64,000 nucleotides of DNA from Alphaproteobacteria bacterium (lineage in GTDB: Bacteria; Pseudomonadota; Alphaproteobacteria; Rhizobiales; TMED25), in contig JBJLFO010000001.1 of the NCBI GenBank assembly GCA_045565315.1, positions 749,856-813,855 on the forward strand, given 5' to 3'. Both the position numbers and the translations under genes were made by a program. The notes under the pieces were generated by a model. The model saw only the letters and a list, made by a program, of their open reading frames with translations, had not been told where the DNA came from and did not search any database. How positions within the stretch are numbered: the first letter of the stretch is position 1; every line of letters starts with the position of its first letter. This document shows, piece after piece, positions 1 to 9,697 of the stretch.

Positions 1-1063
1 CAACTTCAACCCCTAATCCAAGCCCTGGGTTTATCATAAGCTTTCCATCTCTAATGGACATTGGATTTAGAATGATATCATCAGCTAAATATTGAATACT
101 TACATTACTGAACCAATCTAATTTATTTACGACTTTTGAGATATGCCCAATACAAGCTGCACTGATCGATGAGTCACCTGCTTTACCACTAATATTCACG
201 TGCATATTATTATCTTTCATAAAATCAATAGCTCCGAGGAGATTTTTTATGCTACCAAATTTAATCAATTTTAAACTTGCTCCTTCGGCAGCATTCATAT
301 CTTTATGAATAGATAGGTCTTCCAAAGAGTGAATACCTTCATCAGCACTTAAAGCTGTGGACATCAACTCATTACATGCTTTCATTGTTTTAATATCGTA
401 ACCATTGACAGGTTGTTCCATGTAATCTAACCCAGCCTTATCAATCAATGAACAGAACAGTAGAGCACTCTTCCTATTATAGCCGGCATTACCATCAGCT
501 GTGAGTTGAACTTCATTTCCAAGCGCCACTCTTAGTCTTTCAGCTCTTTGAAGATCTTCTTTAATTGTCTTTGCTCCAACTTTGATTTTAAATGCTTTAA
601 ATCCCTCATCTCTTTTCTTCTTTGCTTCTTCAATTTCATTCTCTGATCCTGCAATTCGCCAAATTATTGGTAGGTCAGATCTTTTTATTTTTCCTATTAT
701 TTCAGAAAAGGATTTCTTTTGGGTTCTCGCAAATAGATCAATTAGAGCAGCTTCTATAGATGATTTTGCAGCAGCATTACCATAGATAGATGTTTGAACT
801 AAATTTGAAATAGATTCATATGATTGGATTTCAACTCCAACTAAAATCTCTTTCATATAATTAATTGCTTGTATCATTCCAACAGAACTTTCTCCTGTCA
901 TCGACAAGGAGGCGGCAGCTTCACCCCAACCAAAATCTCCGTCAGAACTTTTTACCCTGACCAAGATACTATTGCTTCTTTCAATAGTAATATTTGACAT
1001 ATGTATGGTTTGCCTGAGAGGTAATCCAATATTATAGATTTTTATGTCTTTAATTTTGAACAT
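1..1063 (-). CDS. Enolase-superfamily enzyme, muconate-lactonizing-enzyme (MLE) subgroup; partial, the last few C-terminal residues run off the left edge
   Basis: Absent from the ORF track because no stop lies in the window. My minus-strand translation from ATG 1063..1061 reads MFKIKDIKIYNIGLPLRQTIHMSNITIERSNSILVRVKSSDGDFGWGEAAASLSMTGES... Motifs present: FKAFKIKVG (KxK), TADGNAG, YMEQP, SADEG, SLKLIKFG. Paralog of 4488..5591. Confidence 0.75.
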   Translation of the reverse strand, partial: MFKIKDIKIYNIGLPLRQTIHMSNITIERSNSILVRVKSSDGDFGWGEAAASLSMTGESSVGMIQAINYMKEILVGVEIQSYESISNLVQTSIYGNAAAKSSIEAALIDLFARTQKKSFSEIIGKIKRSDLPIIWRIAGSENEIEEAKKKRDEGFKAFKIKVGAKTIKEDLQRAERLRVALGNEVQLTADGNAGYNRKSALLFCSLIDKAGLDYMEQPVNGYDIKTMKACNELMSTALSADEGIHSLEDLSIHKDMNAAEGASLKLIKFGSIKNLLGAIDFMKDNNMHVNISGKAGDSSISAACIGHISKVVNKLDWFSNVSIQYLADDIILNPMSIRDGKLMINPGLGLGVEV

Positions 1064-1071
1064 TAATTAAT

Positions 1072-2319
1072 CTAAAAATTAATTTTTAGCTTTCTAATAT
1101 TTACGAGCATCCAACTGAAGAATATTCCTTCAATAATTACAAGCATACCAAAAGCATAATTATAAGCAACTTTTGGATAAGAACCTAAATCGTTTGGACC
1201 CCAGATATCTAGAATGAACCCAATACTGAATTGAATTAAAAAGACCATTAAGAATGTTGAAACGGCAATTGTAGATATTGATCTTGCAGAATAGCCAGGG
1301 GGATATGTTTTATTGAGAATGGGATGAACTAAAACACCAATATTTCCAGTAAGACCCAGAATAGCCCACTGCCAATAACCGTCAGTATCGATATTTAGAG
1401 CAAAGGATATCTGAATAAGAAATAAAGCTAATAATCCTATCGCAAGATATTTTGCTCTGTTAAATCCACGTTTTGATAAATAATCAACAAGCGCACCATT
1501 CCCTAAAGTTCCAAAAGACATAGCGATTGCGACAATTAGTAAGCGAATTCCGATTTGTTCCTGTGTTAGGCCCGCGACATCTGACATCCAGCCATTAGCC
1601 CACAGACCTTGGATAGAAAAGAAACTTGCAAGTCCGAGGGCAGATACAGGAGCAAGAGTATAGAAATTCTTATTTTTAATAATTTGCATATAGACGTAAA
1701 AATTGGACTCTTTATCAGATTGAACTTCTATCTTCTTTTCTGGCATTAAAAATATGACTAAAATTAGAAGTAAAAAACAAATAATAAACCCTATAAGAAA
1801 GAGATCTCTCCAGTGATAGGTGGTCATGAAGATTTGAAGCGGCTTTGTGGATAGAATTGCACCAATCGATCCAGAAAATAAAATCATTCCATTAGCGGTT
1901 GCCCAAAACTGACTTGGGAACCAAATAGTAACAGATTTTAAAGCCGTAGTTAGACAAGATCCAATGCCAAATCCTAAGAAGGCTCTGCCAATAACTAGCA
2001 TTATGTAGCTATCAGCATATGAGGTCAGAAGACAGCCAGCTATTGCTAGTAGAATTTCCCAAATGAATATTTTCTTAGGGCCAAATTTATCTAATAGGAT
2101 TGCTAGCGGGATATATTGGATTGCTCCGGAAAAGAAGAAGATACTTGTTAAAAAGCCTATTTCTGTAGCATTTAGTGAGAATGTTGCTGATAACTCAGGT
2201 GCAAGAATTGCGTTTGTATTCCTCAGAAAGAAAGACAACATATATCCAACACCAAATGGAATGATAATTAGAAATATAAGTTTCATTTTATTGTAGACCA
2301 TAATTTTATTACATGGCAT
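1072..2319 (-). CDS. MFS-family transporter
   Basis: 415-aa ORF that is hydrophobic throughout, consistent with about 12 helices. It has an MFS-like TM2-TM3 loop (LLDKFGPKK). The start is ambiguous: M1, M7, or M12 at 2286. Confidence 0.8.
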   Translation of the reverse strand: MPCNKIMVYNKMKLIFLIIIPFGVGYMLSFFLRNTNAILAPELSATFSLNATEIGFLTSIFFFSGAIQYIPLAILLDKFGPKKIFIWEILLAIAGCLLTSYADSYIMLVIGRAFLGFGIGSCLTTALKSVTIWFPSQFWATANGMILFSGSIGAILSTKPLQIFMTTYHWRDLFLIGFIICFLLLILVIFLMPEKKIEVQSDKESNFYVYMQIIKNKNFYTLAPVSALGLASFFSIQGLWANGWMSDVAGLTQEQIGIRLLIVAIAMSFGTLGNGALVDYLSKRGFNRAKYLAIGLLALFLIQISFALNIDTDGYWQWAILGLTGNIGVLVHPILNKTYPPGYSARSISTIAVSTFLMVFLIQFSIGFILDIWGPNDLGSYPKVAYNYAFGMLVIIEGIFFSWMLVNIRKLKINF

Positions 2320-2367
2320 TATTTAGACCGACTGTCTATAGTTTTGTATGAAGTAATAGGGATTAAA

Positions 2368-3402
2368 ATGATGAATAAGAAAATTGCAGTTTTAGGGACT
2401 GGGGCAAATGGAAGTAGTGTGGCGGCTGATCTTACTAGTAACGGACTTGATGTAAAATTAATTGATCAGTGGCCAGAACATGTTGAAAAGATGCGTAAAG
2501 ATGGCCTCAAGATTGAGATGCCAAATAGAACATTAGAGACTAATGTTGATGCTTTTCATTTATGTGATGTAGCAACATTTTCAGATAAATTTGATATAGT
2601 GTTACTTTTTGTAAAAGCCTATGATACTGCATGGGCATGTGAGCTAATTAAACCTTACTTAAAGGATGATGGGATTTTGGTTGGGGTACAAAATTGTATG
2701 ATGGCTGAGTTAATCTCAGATATTGTTGGTGCAAATAGAACTATTGGCTGTGTTGCTGAATTATCCTCAGAGCTATTTAATCCTGGTGAAATTAAGAGAA
2801 ATACTCCACCCGAAGGTACTTGGTTTGGATTAGGAGCTCTTTCTCCTGAAATGGTGAACCGTATTCCAGAAGTAGAAGAAGTGCTTAAATTTTCTGGTAA
2901 GGTTGGAATAAGTGAACAAATTTTATCTGCTAAATTCATGAAGCTCGTGGTAAATGTGATGGGTATGGGCATGAAAGCTATTGGCGATATGATGCCTTCC
3001 GAGGCTTATGCTATAGAAGGCATGAAAGATGTGATGCTACAAGCTGGAGAAGAGGCATTAAAAGTAGGCGAAGGTCTTGGATATAAATTAGAGCCTATTA
3101 TGGGTCTCTCAAAAGAAGATATAGATAGTTCAAATAGAGTCCATGAGCTTCTTTTAGATACTGTATCAAAACATGTAGGTCCAACGGCCTTAAATACCGT
3201 ACTTCAAGATCATAGAAAGGGACGGCTTAGCGAGGTTGATCTTATAAATGGCTGGGTTTCCGAAGGAGGAAGAAAATTAGGAATAAGTACTCCGGTCAAT
3301 GATATGATCGTAGAAATGACAACTAAGATCCATGATGGGACTCTTCACCCATCACGAGAGCTTGTCATAGAAATCATTCAATCAATAGGGGAAAAGACCT
3401 GA
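2368..3402 (+). CDS. 2-dehydropantoate 2-reductase (ApbA/PanE) family oxidoreductase, substrate unknown
   Basis: N-terminal Rossmann motif IAVLGTGANGS; family-typical length and C-terminal helical domain. The track start at 2344 is TTG, so I prefer ATG at 2368. About 45% identical by eye to 56372..57403. Confidence 0.75.
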   Translation: MMNKKIAVLGTGANGSSVAADLTSNGLDVKLIDQWPEHVEKMRKDGLKIEMPNRTLETNVDAFHLCDVATFSDKFDIVLLFVKAYDTAWACELIKPYLKDDGILVGVQNCMMAELISDIVGANRTIGCVAELSSELFNPGEIKRNTPPEGTWFGLGALSPEMVNRIPEVEEVLKFSGKVGISEQILSAKFMKLVVNVMGMGMKAIGDMMPSEAYAIEGMKDVMLQAGEEALKVGEGLGYKLEPIMGLSKEDIDSSNRVHELLLDTVSKHVGPTALNTVLQDHRKGRLSEVDLINGWVSEGGRKLGISTPVNDMIVEMTTKIHDGTLHPSRELVIEIIQSIGEKT

Positions 3403-3403
3403 T

Positions 3404-4474
3404 ATGCCATCAAAAGAATTAGGTTTGGCGGTAATTGGATCTGGAAGAATTGGATCACTGCGAGCCATTCTATCATCTGGCCATCCAGCAATAAAGTTCT
3501 TGGGTGTTTCTGATATAAACATAAATAATGCTAAAAAGCTTGCTCAAAGATGTAATGCAAATAAATATACGGATAATAATTATGAGCTTATTTCCGATCC
3601 AAATGTAACAACAGTAATTGTATCAACCAGCGAGCACGATCATTATGACGCAGTAATGCATGCATTGGAATTAGGTAAACCTGTTTTGGTAGAAAAACCA
3701 ATCGCCTTAAATATAGATGAGGCAGATAAAATGATAAAAAAATCTAAAGAAGCAAATACTCTTTTTAGAGTTGGTTATGCACAAAGATTCAAAAGAAGAT
3801 ATTTATCAGGTAAGGACCAATTAGTAGAGGGGCGTATAGGTAATATTTTATCAATTTCAGCTCGTGCATGTAACACAAGAGCACAGGGTATTGAAATTCT
3901 AAAAAGATCTCCGACCGCAACACCTGTTGTAGATGTTTTGACTTATTGGGTTGATGTAGCATGTTGGTATCTGGAAGGAATTGAACCAGTTGAAGTTACC
4001 GCAAGAGGAACAGGAACAGTATTTAGGGAGGCAGGTTTTGATGTTAATGACACAACTTGGAGTCTTATTAAATTTAGTAATGGGGCAATTGTAAATTTAG
4101 GAGTTTTTTTTGCTCTTCCATCTCATTCACCTCAATTAGGGATGGGTGTAAGGTTTGAAGTTTATGGTGATGATGGTGCACTTATTTTAAATGATGATCA
4201 TACGGATGAGCTTTTAGTCACCAATAATGGTATTCCCCATGCATATATTCCAGATCTTGAATTTAATACAGCATTCTTATCGAGTTCTACGCCCGGTAAT
4301 TGGCATCTTGGAGATTATTGGGGTCCAGTTGCCGATGAGACAAGAGTATGGCTCGACCATCTATCAATGGGACGTCCATGCCCAATTGCATCTCCTGAGG
4401 ATGCAAGAAAAAATCTATTGATTACATTAGCAATGGAAGAGTCAGCAAAAAAAAATAGCACAATTAATTTATAA
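3404..4474 (+). CDS. Gfo/Idh/MocA-family NAD(P)-dependent oxidoreductase
   Basis: LAVIGSGRIGS Rossmann motif and the EKP motif (PVLVEKPIAL). It starts 1 nt after the upstream stop. Confidence 0.8.
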   Translation: MPSKELGLAVIGSGRIGSLRAILSSGHPAIKFLGVSDININNAKKLAQRCNANKYTDNNYELISDPNVTTVIVSTSEHDHYDAVMHALELGKPVLVEKPIALNIDEADKMIKKSKEANTLFRVGYAQRFKRRYLSGKDQLVEGRIGNILSISARACNTRAQGIEILKRSPTATPVVDVLTYWVDVACWYLEGIEPVEVTARGTGTVFREAGFDVNDTTWSLIKFSNGAIVNLGVFFALPSHSPQLGMGVRFEVYGDDGALILNDDHTDELLVTNNGIPHAYIPDLEFNTAFLSSSTPGNWHLGDYWGPVADETRVWLDHLSMGRPCPIASPEDARKNLLITLAMEESAKKNSTINL

Positions 4475-4487
4475 TTTTGAAACACAA

Positions 4488-5591
4488 ATGTTTAAAATAA
4501 AAAAAATAGAGACTTTTATAATCCAAGTTCCACTGCATGTACCTTTAAAAATGTCTGGGGTCTCCATTGAGCACTGCGATAATATGGTCGTAAAAGTTTC
4601 AGCTGATAATGGAATGGTTGGTTGGGGAGAGGCACCTTATGCCCCCTTTTTTAATGGCGAGATTACAAGAGGTATGATTGCGGTAGTTGATTTTATGAAA
4701 GAGCGTCTAATTGATGTTGAAGTGAAAAACATAGATGAAATAAAAGATATTTTAGCAGTGACTATTTATGGTAATTCTGGGGCCAAATCAGCAATCGATA
4801 TGGCATTACATGATCTTTCTGGGAAGATATTAAACAAACCTCTGTATGATATACTTGGAGGATCGAAAAGAGAAAAAGTTCCAATGATTTGGTTAGTGGC
4901 TGGTGGAGAAGATGAATTCAAGTTACTCAAAGAAAGAATAGATCTTGGTTTTGTCTCTTTTAAGTTAAAGGTCGGAACAAATGAAGTAACAAAAGATATT
5001 GAAAGGGCTTACGAAGCTCAAAAGATTCTTGATCACAACTACACCCTTTCTGCTGATGCCAATCAGGGTTTTAATAGAGAAGATGCATTAACTTTTTCAT
5101 CAAAAACTGGTGATATTGGACTAGATTTTTTTGAACAGCCGGTAACTGGAAAAGATATTGATACAATGGTGGAATGCAACGCAAGATCGTATGCACCTAT
5201 TGGTGTGGATGAAGGAATCCACAATATTGATGACATAAAGATACATCATGATCGTAAGGCAGCAAATGGCGGTAGTCTCAAAATGATCAAATTTGGAGGC
5301 GTCGCGCAATTATTTGAAGCTGCAAATCTGATGCATTCATATGACATGCATATAAATCTTGCTGGAAAAGCTGCAAATACATCAATTGGAAGTGCGGCGA
5401 TAGCCCACTTCACCAGAGCACTTCCATCTCTTGATTGGGATGCGAGTTTATCTAGTCAATATTTGTCAGATGATATAGCAGAAAATCCAGTCAAAGTTAT
5501 TGAAGGTCACATAATCACTCCGGACGACGGTCCTGGCCTCGGAATAAATATTGATGAAGATAAATTAAACCAATACAGTATTAAATTGTAA
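4488..5591 (+). CDS. Enolase-superfamily enzyme, MLE subgroup (racemase/epimerase/cycloisomerase type), substrate unknown
   Basis: SFKLKVG (KxK); metal-ligand contexts SADANQG, FFEQP, VDEG; second catalytic Lys context SLKMIKFGG. Confidence 0.85.
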   Translation: MFKIKKIETFIIQVPLHVPLKMSGVSIEHCDNMVVKVSADNGMVGWGEAPYAPFFNGEITRGMIAVVDFMKERLIDVEVKNIDEIKDILAVTIYGNSGAKSAIDMALHDLSGKILNKPLYDILGGSKREKVPMIWLVAGGEDEFKLLKERIDLGFVSFKLKVGTNEVTKDIERAYEAQKILDHNYTLSADANQGFNREDALTFSSKTGDIGLDFFEQPVTGKDIDTMVECNARSYAPIGVDEGIHNIDDIKIHHDRKAANGGSLKMIKFGGVAQLFEAANLMHSYDMHINLAGKAANTSIGSAAIAHFTRALPSLDWDASLSSQYLSDDIAENPVKVIEGHIITPDDGPGLGINIDEDKLNQYSIKL

Positions 5592-5609
5592 ATTTATAAT
5601 CTGGAAAAA

Positions 5610-6500
5610 ATGGCTCAAATAAAAATTATTGATGACTCAACTAAGGGTACACTATTCACCTTTGGTTTCATTCTGACAGTGCCATTTATTGAGGCATCTG
5701 TAAAACTTCTCGGCGATGCCATGGCGCCTCCGCAGGTTTCTTTTACCAGATTCATGCTACATTTTGTAGTATTGAGCGTTTATATATATTTGTATCTTCC
5801 AAAAGAGGAGTGGATCGCCAAACCTAGCTGGCCGTTATTAGTGAGAGGCATTCTTGCAAGTCTTGGGACATTATGTGTCTATGCCGGATTATCAGTCCTC
5901 CCACTTGTGGATGCTGTTGCTATTTTTTTCATACAACCCATCATTATAACTGCTTTGTCATCTATACTATTGAGAGAAAAAGTCGGCATTTATAGGTGGA
6001 TTGCTGTTTTGGCTGGAATGGGTGGAGCTCTGCTTGTGATCGGACCAAATTTTGATGATGTTGGATGGGGCGCAGTATTTCCAGCCCTAGCGGCATTATT
6101 TCACGGTCTCTCAGCATTGATGGCAAGAAAATGGGCAAATGCAGCAAGACTTCCCGTGTTTCAATATTATACGGCAATTACAGCAGTTATCATGATGACA
6201 GCTATATTCATTTTTGGTGGTATTACAGGATATGATCGCGTTGCACTTGTAATGCCAGACACATTCCAATGGTTTTTACTGGCAGTTATAGCTTTTGGAT
6301 CAATTATAACAAATTTACTACTAACGCAGGCATTCAGGATAACCCCATCATCAATTATTGCACCATTTCTATATTTACAAATCATTGGATCAACAATTAT
6401 GGGATATTATATTTTTAATCAACTACCGAGTTCGCAAACTATTTTTGGGGCATGTCTTGTCATATTAGCAGGTCTTCTTATTTGGTGGAGGGAAAAATAA
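5610..6500 (+). CDS. EamA/DMT-family transporter
   Basis: 296-aa ORF with about 10 hydrophobic helices arranged as two EamA-like halves. Confidence 0.8.
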   Translation: MAQIKIIDDSTKGTLFTFGFILTVPFIEASVKLLGDAMAPPQVSFTRFMLHFVVLSVYIYLYLPKEEWIAKPSWPLLVRGILASLGTLCVYAGLSVLPLVDAVAIFFIQPIIITALSSILLREKVGIYRWIAVLAGMGGALLVIGPNFDDVGWGAVFPALAALFHGLSALMARKWANAARLPVFQYYTAITAVIMMTAIFIFGGITGYDRVALVMPDTFQWFLLAVIAFGSIITNLLLTQAFRITPSSIIAPFLYLQIIGSTIMGYYIFNQLPSSQTIFGACLVILAGLLIWWREK

Positions 6501-6514
6501 ATTAATTCAAGATA

Positions 6515-7069
6515 TTAAATTGTACCATGTGATGAAATAAACAATTCACAATTAGTATCAGTTATATTACTCCAAGCATGATTAGCACTAATATTAACAA
6601 CAGTATCGCCTTGCTCTAAATCAACCTCACCTTCATCCAGTATCAATCTAATAGACCCGGTCATAACATACACATAATCTAGACTATCTTTCTTATGCAT
6701 GAATGGGTGGGCACCTTCATTTGGTTGAAATAATTCATCCGAGTTAATTGATTGATAGAATTTCTTGATATTTTCATTAGTAATTTCTCCAAAATTCTTA
6801 TCTGGTGGTATTTTGATGAATCTACAGATTGATCCAGATTTTGGGGGTATTAGGCTATGAGCAAACCCATCACTCTCCTTTTCAGCTTTTTCTCCAAAGT
6901 TTGCTGGAGATTGAAGGGTCGCCCAGATTTTAGTTGAGGAGTATCCTGGTCGAGCGGGATCTTTAATAATATCTTTTGCTATCTCATCACTGATGAATTT
7001 TATTTCACCATTGGGGTATTGGCCTATAACAATTCTTCTTTTATTTGATGTCGAAGAATTATTCATCAT
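6515..7069 (-). CDS. Cupin-domain protein, unknown function (tandem paralog 1)
   Basis: C-terminal cupin-like block DYVYVMTGSIRLILDEGEVDLEQGDTVVNISANHAWSN. Homologous to 7059..7604 (RRIVIG/RRVVVG, KIWAT/EIWTF, PPKSG/PPQNG). The track start at 7078 is TTG; ATG ATG lies at 7069/7066. Confidence 0.6.
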   Translation of the reverse strand: MMNNSSTSNKRRIVIGQYPNGEIKFISDEIAKDIIKDPARPGYSSTKIWATLQSPANFGEKAEKESDGFAHSLIPPKSGSICRFIKIPPDKNFGEITNENIKKFYQSINSDELFQPNEGAHPFMHKKDSLDYVYVMTGSIRLILDEGEVDLEQGDTVVNISANHAWSNITDTNCELFISSHGTI

Positions 7070-7604
7070 CTCCTCCAATCATTATAAATAACATTTCATT
7101 TGCACCATGAGAATTATCCCAGGAGTGAAAATGACCAAGTTGGACAATTATATCACCTTGATTCATAATTAATTCAGTATCGGGAAGCACATGCGTACGA
7201 TTTCCCTTGGTAACAACTCCATAATCTACAGTTCTAGTTCGATGCATATTCCAATGTTTATCACTCTTCATCTTTTCTGATAAGCCGGTCCTATTCATTG
7301 ACTCAAAAAATTTATCTGCTTCTTTTTGGTCTATTTTTTTATTATCTTCTTTTTTTGATTCTATAACCCTAAAATGGGCCCCATTTTGAGGGGGTGAGTG
7401 ACTAAGAGGCCTATCAGCTCCATCATTCATATTTTTTGAATTAACAGGGCAATTATCAAAAGTCCAAATTTCATTGAAATATATTGTTGAGCCTCCACCT
7501 CTATTGAATTGATATGGATTATCACTATCAGAAATTATGGCCGAATTACCATTTTTGTTTGTACCAACAACTACTCTCCTTGGTGGTTTTGGTGATAAGG
7601 ACAT
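7059..7604 (-). CDS. Cupin-domain protein, unknown function (tandem paralog 2)
   Basis: Cupin-like block VDYGVVTKGNRTHVLPDTELIMNQGDIIVQLGHFHSWDN. Its start overlaps the cyclase stop as TAATG. Confidence 0.6.
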   Translation of the reverse strand: MSLSPKPPRRVVVGTNKNGNSAIISDSDNPYQFNRGGGSTIYFNEIWTFDNCPVNSKNMNDGADRPLSHSPPQNGAHFRVIESKKEDNKKIDQKEADKFFESMNRTGLSEKMKSDKHWNMHRTRTVDYGVVTKGNRTHVLPDTELIMNQGDIIVQLGHFHSWDNSHGANEMLFIMIGGDDE

Positions 7605-8290
7605 TAAATATCAAAAACGGCAACAGCTCTTACCGGCGATCCAGTGCCACCTCTCCAAGCCATAGGTAAACAAATAAATGTAAATGTACCTTTTCCAAGA
7701 ATTTTCTCAAGATTGCATAAGCTTTCTAGGTGCGTAATATTAACTTCATGGCATACTTTATGAACAAGAGCATTCACTTTTCCAATAGGACCAGGGCGCA
7801 TCGAGTCGATTCCAAAATGAACCACCCCTTGTTCTGCAAGCCATTTTGTGGCATCTACATTTACACCGGGATTATCTGTCGAATAAGCAGGTGTTGGAAA
7901 GGTCCTTTCATGATGACCTGTACACAATAAAACAGTACCATTTTTCGGAATATTTTGCCCCGACTTTTTTACAGCATCTTCTAAATCTGACGGCGTAATT
8001 TCAGCTTTTGGTTCAATATGTCTAAGATCAATACAAATACCTTTTACTATACAATTTTCTAGTGGGTATTCATTAATTGGAATACCATCAACGCTAAAAT
8101 GACGTGGGGCATCAATATGCGTTCCACCATGATCAGACATTGAAAAATAATGAACAGAATTCCCTTGTATATTTCCTGAGTCGGCAAATGCTTCCTTGTG
8201 ACTTTTCCATACGCCATGGATTACAGGTGGTTGTCCGGGGTATTGCGGAGTACGATGATATAGTTCACGGCTTAAATCTATTATTTCCAT
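7604..8290 (-). CDS. Cyclase-family metal-dependent hydrolase (kynurenine formamidase / isatin hydrolase-like)
   Basis: Family signature HGGTHIDAPRHF; about 228 aa, typical for the family. Confidence 0.8.
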   Translation of the reverse strand: MEIIDLSRELYHRTPQYPGQPPVIHGVWKSHKEAFADSGNIQGNSVHYFSMSDHGGTHIDAPRHFSVDGIPINEYPLENCIVKGICIDLRHIEPKAEITPSDLEDAVKKSGQNIPKNGTVLLCTGHHERTFPTPAYSTDNPGVNVDATKWLAEQGVVHFGIDSMRPGPIGKVNALVHKVCHEVNITHLESLCNLEKILGKGTFTFICLPMAWRGGTGSPVRAVAVFDI

Positions 8291-8299
8291 ATTAACCTC

Positions 8300-9697
8300 T
8301 CAAAAATTTATAGCTTTATTATACATTATATTACGTTCTATGTTATTGGCAATTTGAAGAATTATATTTTCGCACCATCTTTTCCCAACTATTTGCATAG
8401 ATGTTGGCATATTATTTTTATCTTTCCCATTTGGTAAAACGATCGCAGGAAGTCCTGTGACGTTATAAGGTGCGAAAAATTGTCTATGTAAATTTTTGGT
8501 ATAATCATAATTTTGGTCATTTATCATTACCATCAAGTCGCTGATCCGAGGGGCTGTAAAAGGTACGGATGGGGATATTAAGGCATCAAATTTTTCAAGT
8601 TTTAGTTCTAATAACCTAGTCATTTTAACTTTATCTTCCATTGCCCTAAGATAGTCATCTATAGAAATATTTATTGACCAATCCATTCTTTTTTTTACAT
8701 CAGGATCAAAACTATTTGGATCTTCTTCATATTGTTTTCTGTGAACCCTCGTGAATTCTGGTCCTGCAATATCATAAAAAAGGTTTTGTATTAGTTTTAC
8801 TTCCTCAAACTTAATTTCTGAAACTTCCGCACCAAGGTCTCTCAGAATATTTATTACATTTATATAGGACTCTTGAACGGCCCTATCTATTTCTTGATTT
8901 TCATATAAATCAGGGCACATAGCAATTTTAAAACCTTTAATGGGTTCATCTAAATGGTTAAGGTTTGTGCGTTCATGTTGAATTGATCTTGTATCTAACG
9001 AGTTATATCCTTCCAATACACGATAGGTAATAGCAGTTGATATTACAGACTCACCCATAGGCCCAAGATGGTCGATGGATGGTGAATTTGGAAATACACC
9101 ATCTAAACTTATTGCTCCATAGGTTGGCTTAAAACCGACTATTCCACATAATGAAGCTGGGGTTCTAATTGATCCGCCGGTATCACTTCCAAGTGCAATG
9201 GGAACAAGACTCGCTGCGACTGCGGATGCTGAACCACCGCTCGAACCGCCAGCTATTTTATTTTTATCGTGGGGGTTTTTTGTAGAACCATAAAAATTAT
9301 TGATAGTAGTTGAAGCTGCAGCATACTGGTGAGTATTAGTTTTACCAATTAAAACAGCCCCTGCATCTCTCATTTTTTTAATACAAAACGCATCAGAATC
9401 TGGGAAGAAATTATCATATTTCTCTGATCCATTTGTCGTTCGAACACCTGCTGTATTTATTATATCTTTTACGCCATAGGGTATTCCATGTAATGGGCCC
9501 CTATAATTACCATTTGAAATTTCTTTTTCAGCTATTTTTGCCTCTGAAATTGCATCTTTTTCTAATACTGTTATGAAAGCGTTTAAATCGGTATTATAGT
9601 TGTGGATTCTGTTTAGGTAATATTCAGTTAATGTCACAGGGGACATATCACCTACTCTGATTAAATTCGTTAATTTTTTGAAGTTTATACTTTCCAT
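8300..9697 (-). CDS. Amidase-signature (AS) family amidase
   Basis: GGSSGGSASAVAASL amidase signature with upstream GKTN. The first 20 residues of the track ORF look non-coding, so I prefer ATG at 9697 (MESINFKKL...). Confidence 0.85.
   Translation of the reverse strand: MESINFKKLTNLIRVGDMSPVTLTEYYLNRIHNYNTDLNAFITVLEKDAISEAKIAEKEISNGNYRGPLHGIPYGVKDIINTAGVRTTNGSEKYDNFFPDSDAFCIKKMRDAGAVLIGKTNTHQYAAASTTINNFYGSTKNPHDKNKIAGGSSGGSASAVAASLVPIALGSDTGGSIRTPASLCGIVGFKPTYGAISLDGVFPNSPSIDHLGPMGESVISTAITYRVLEGYNSLDTRSIQHERTNLNHLDEPIKGFKIAMCPDLYENQEIDRAVQESYINVINILRDLGAEVSEIKFEEVKLIQNLFYDIAGPEFTRVHRKQYEEDPNSFDPDVKKRMDWSINISIDDYLRAMEDKVKMTRLLELKLEKFDALISPSVPFTAPRISDLMVMINDQNYDYTKNLHRQFFAPYNVTGLPAIVLPNGKDKNNMPTSMQIVGKRWCENIILQIANNIERNIMYNKAINF

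Noticed and set aside
582-785. 67-aa plus-strand ORF from the track
   Set aside because: It lies entirely inside the well-supported minus-strand enolase-superfamily gene (1..1063). It is a low-complexity shadow-frame translation.
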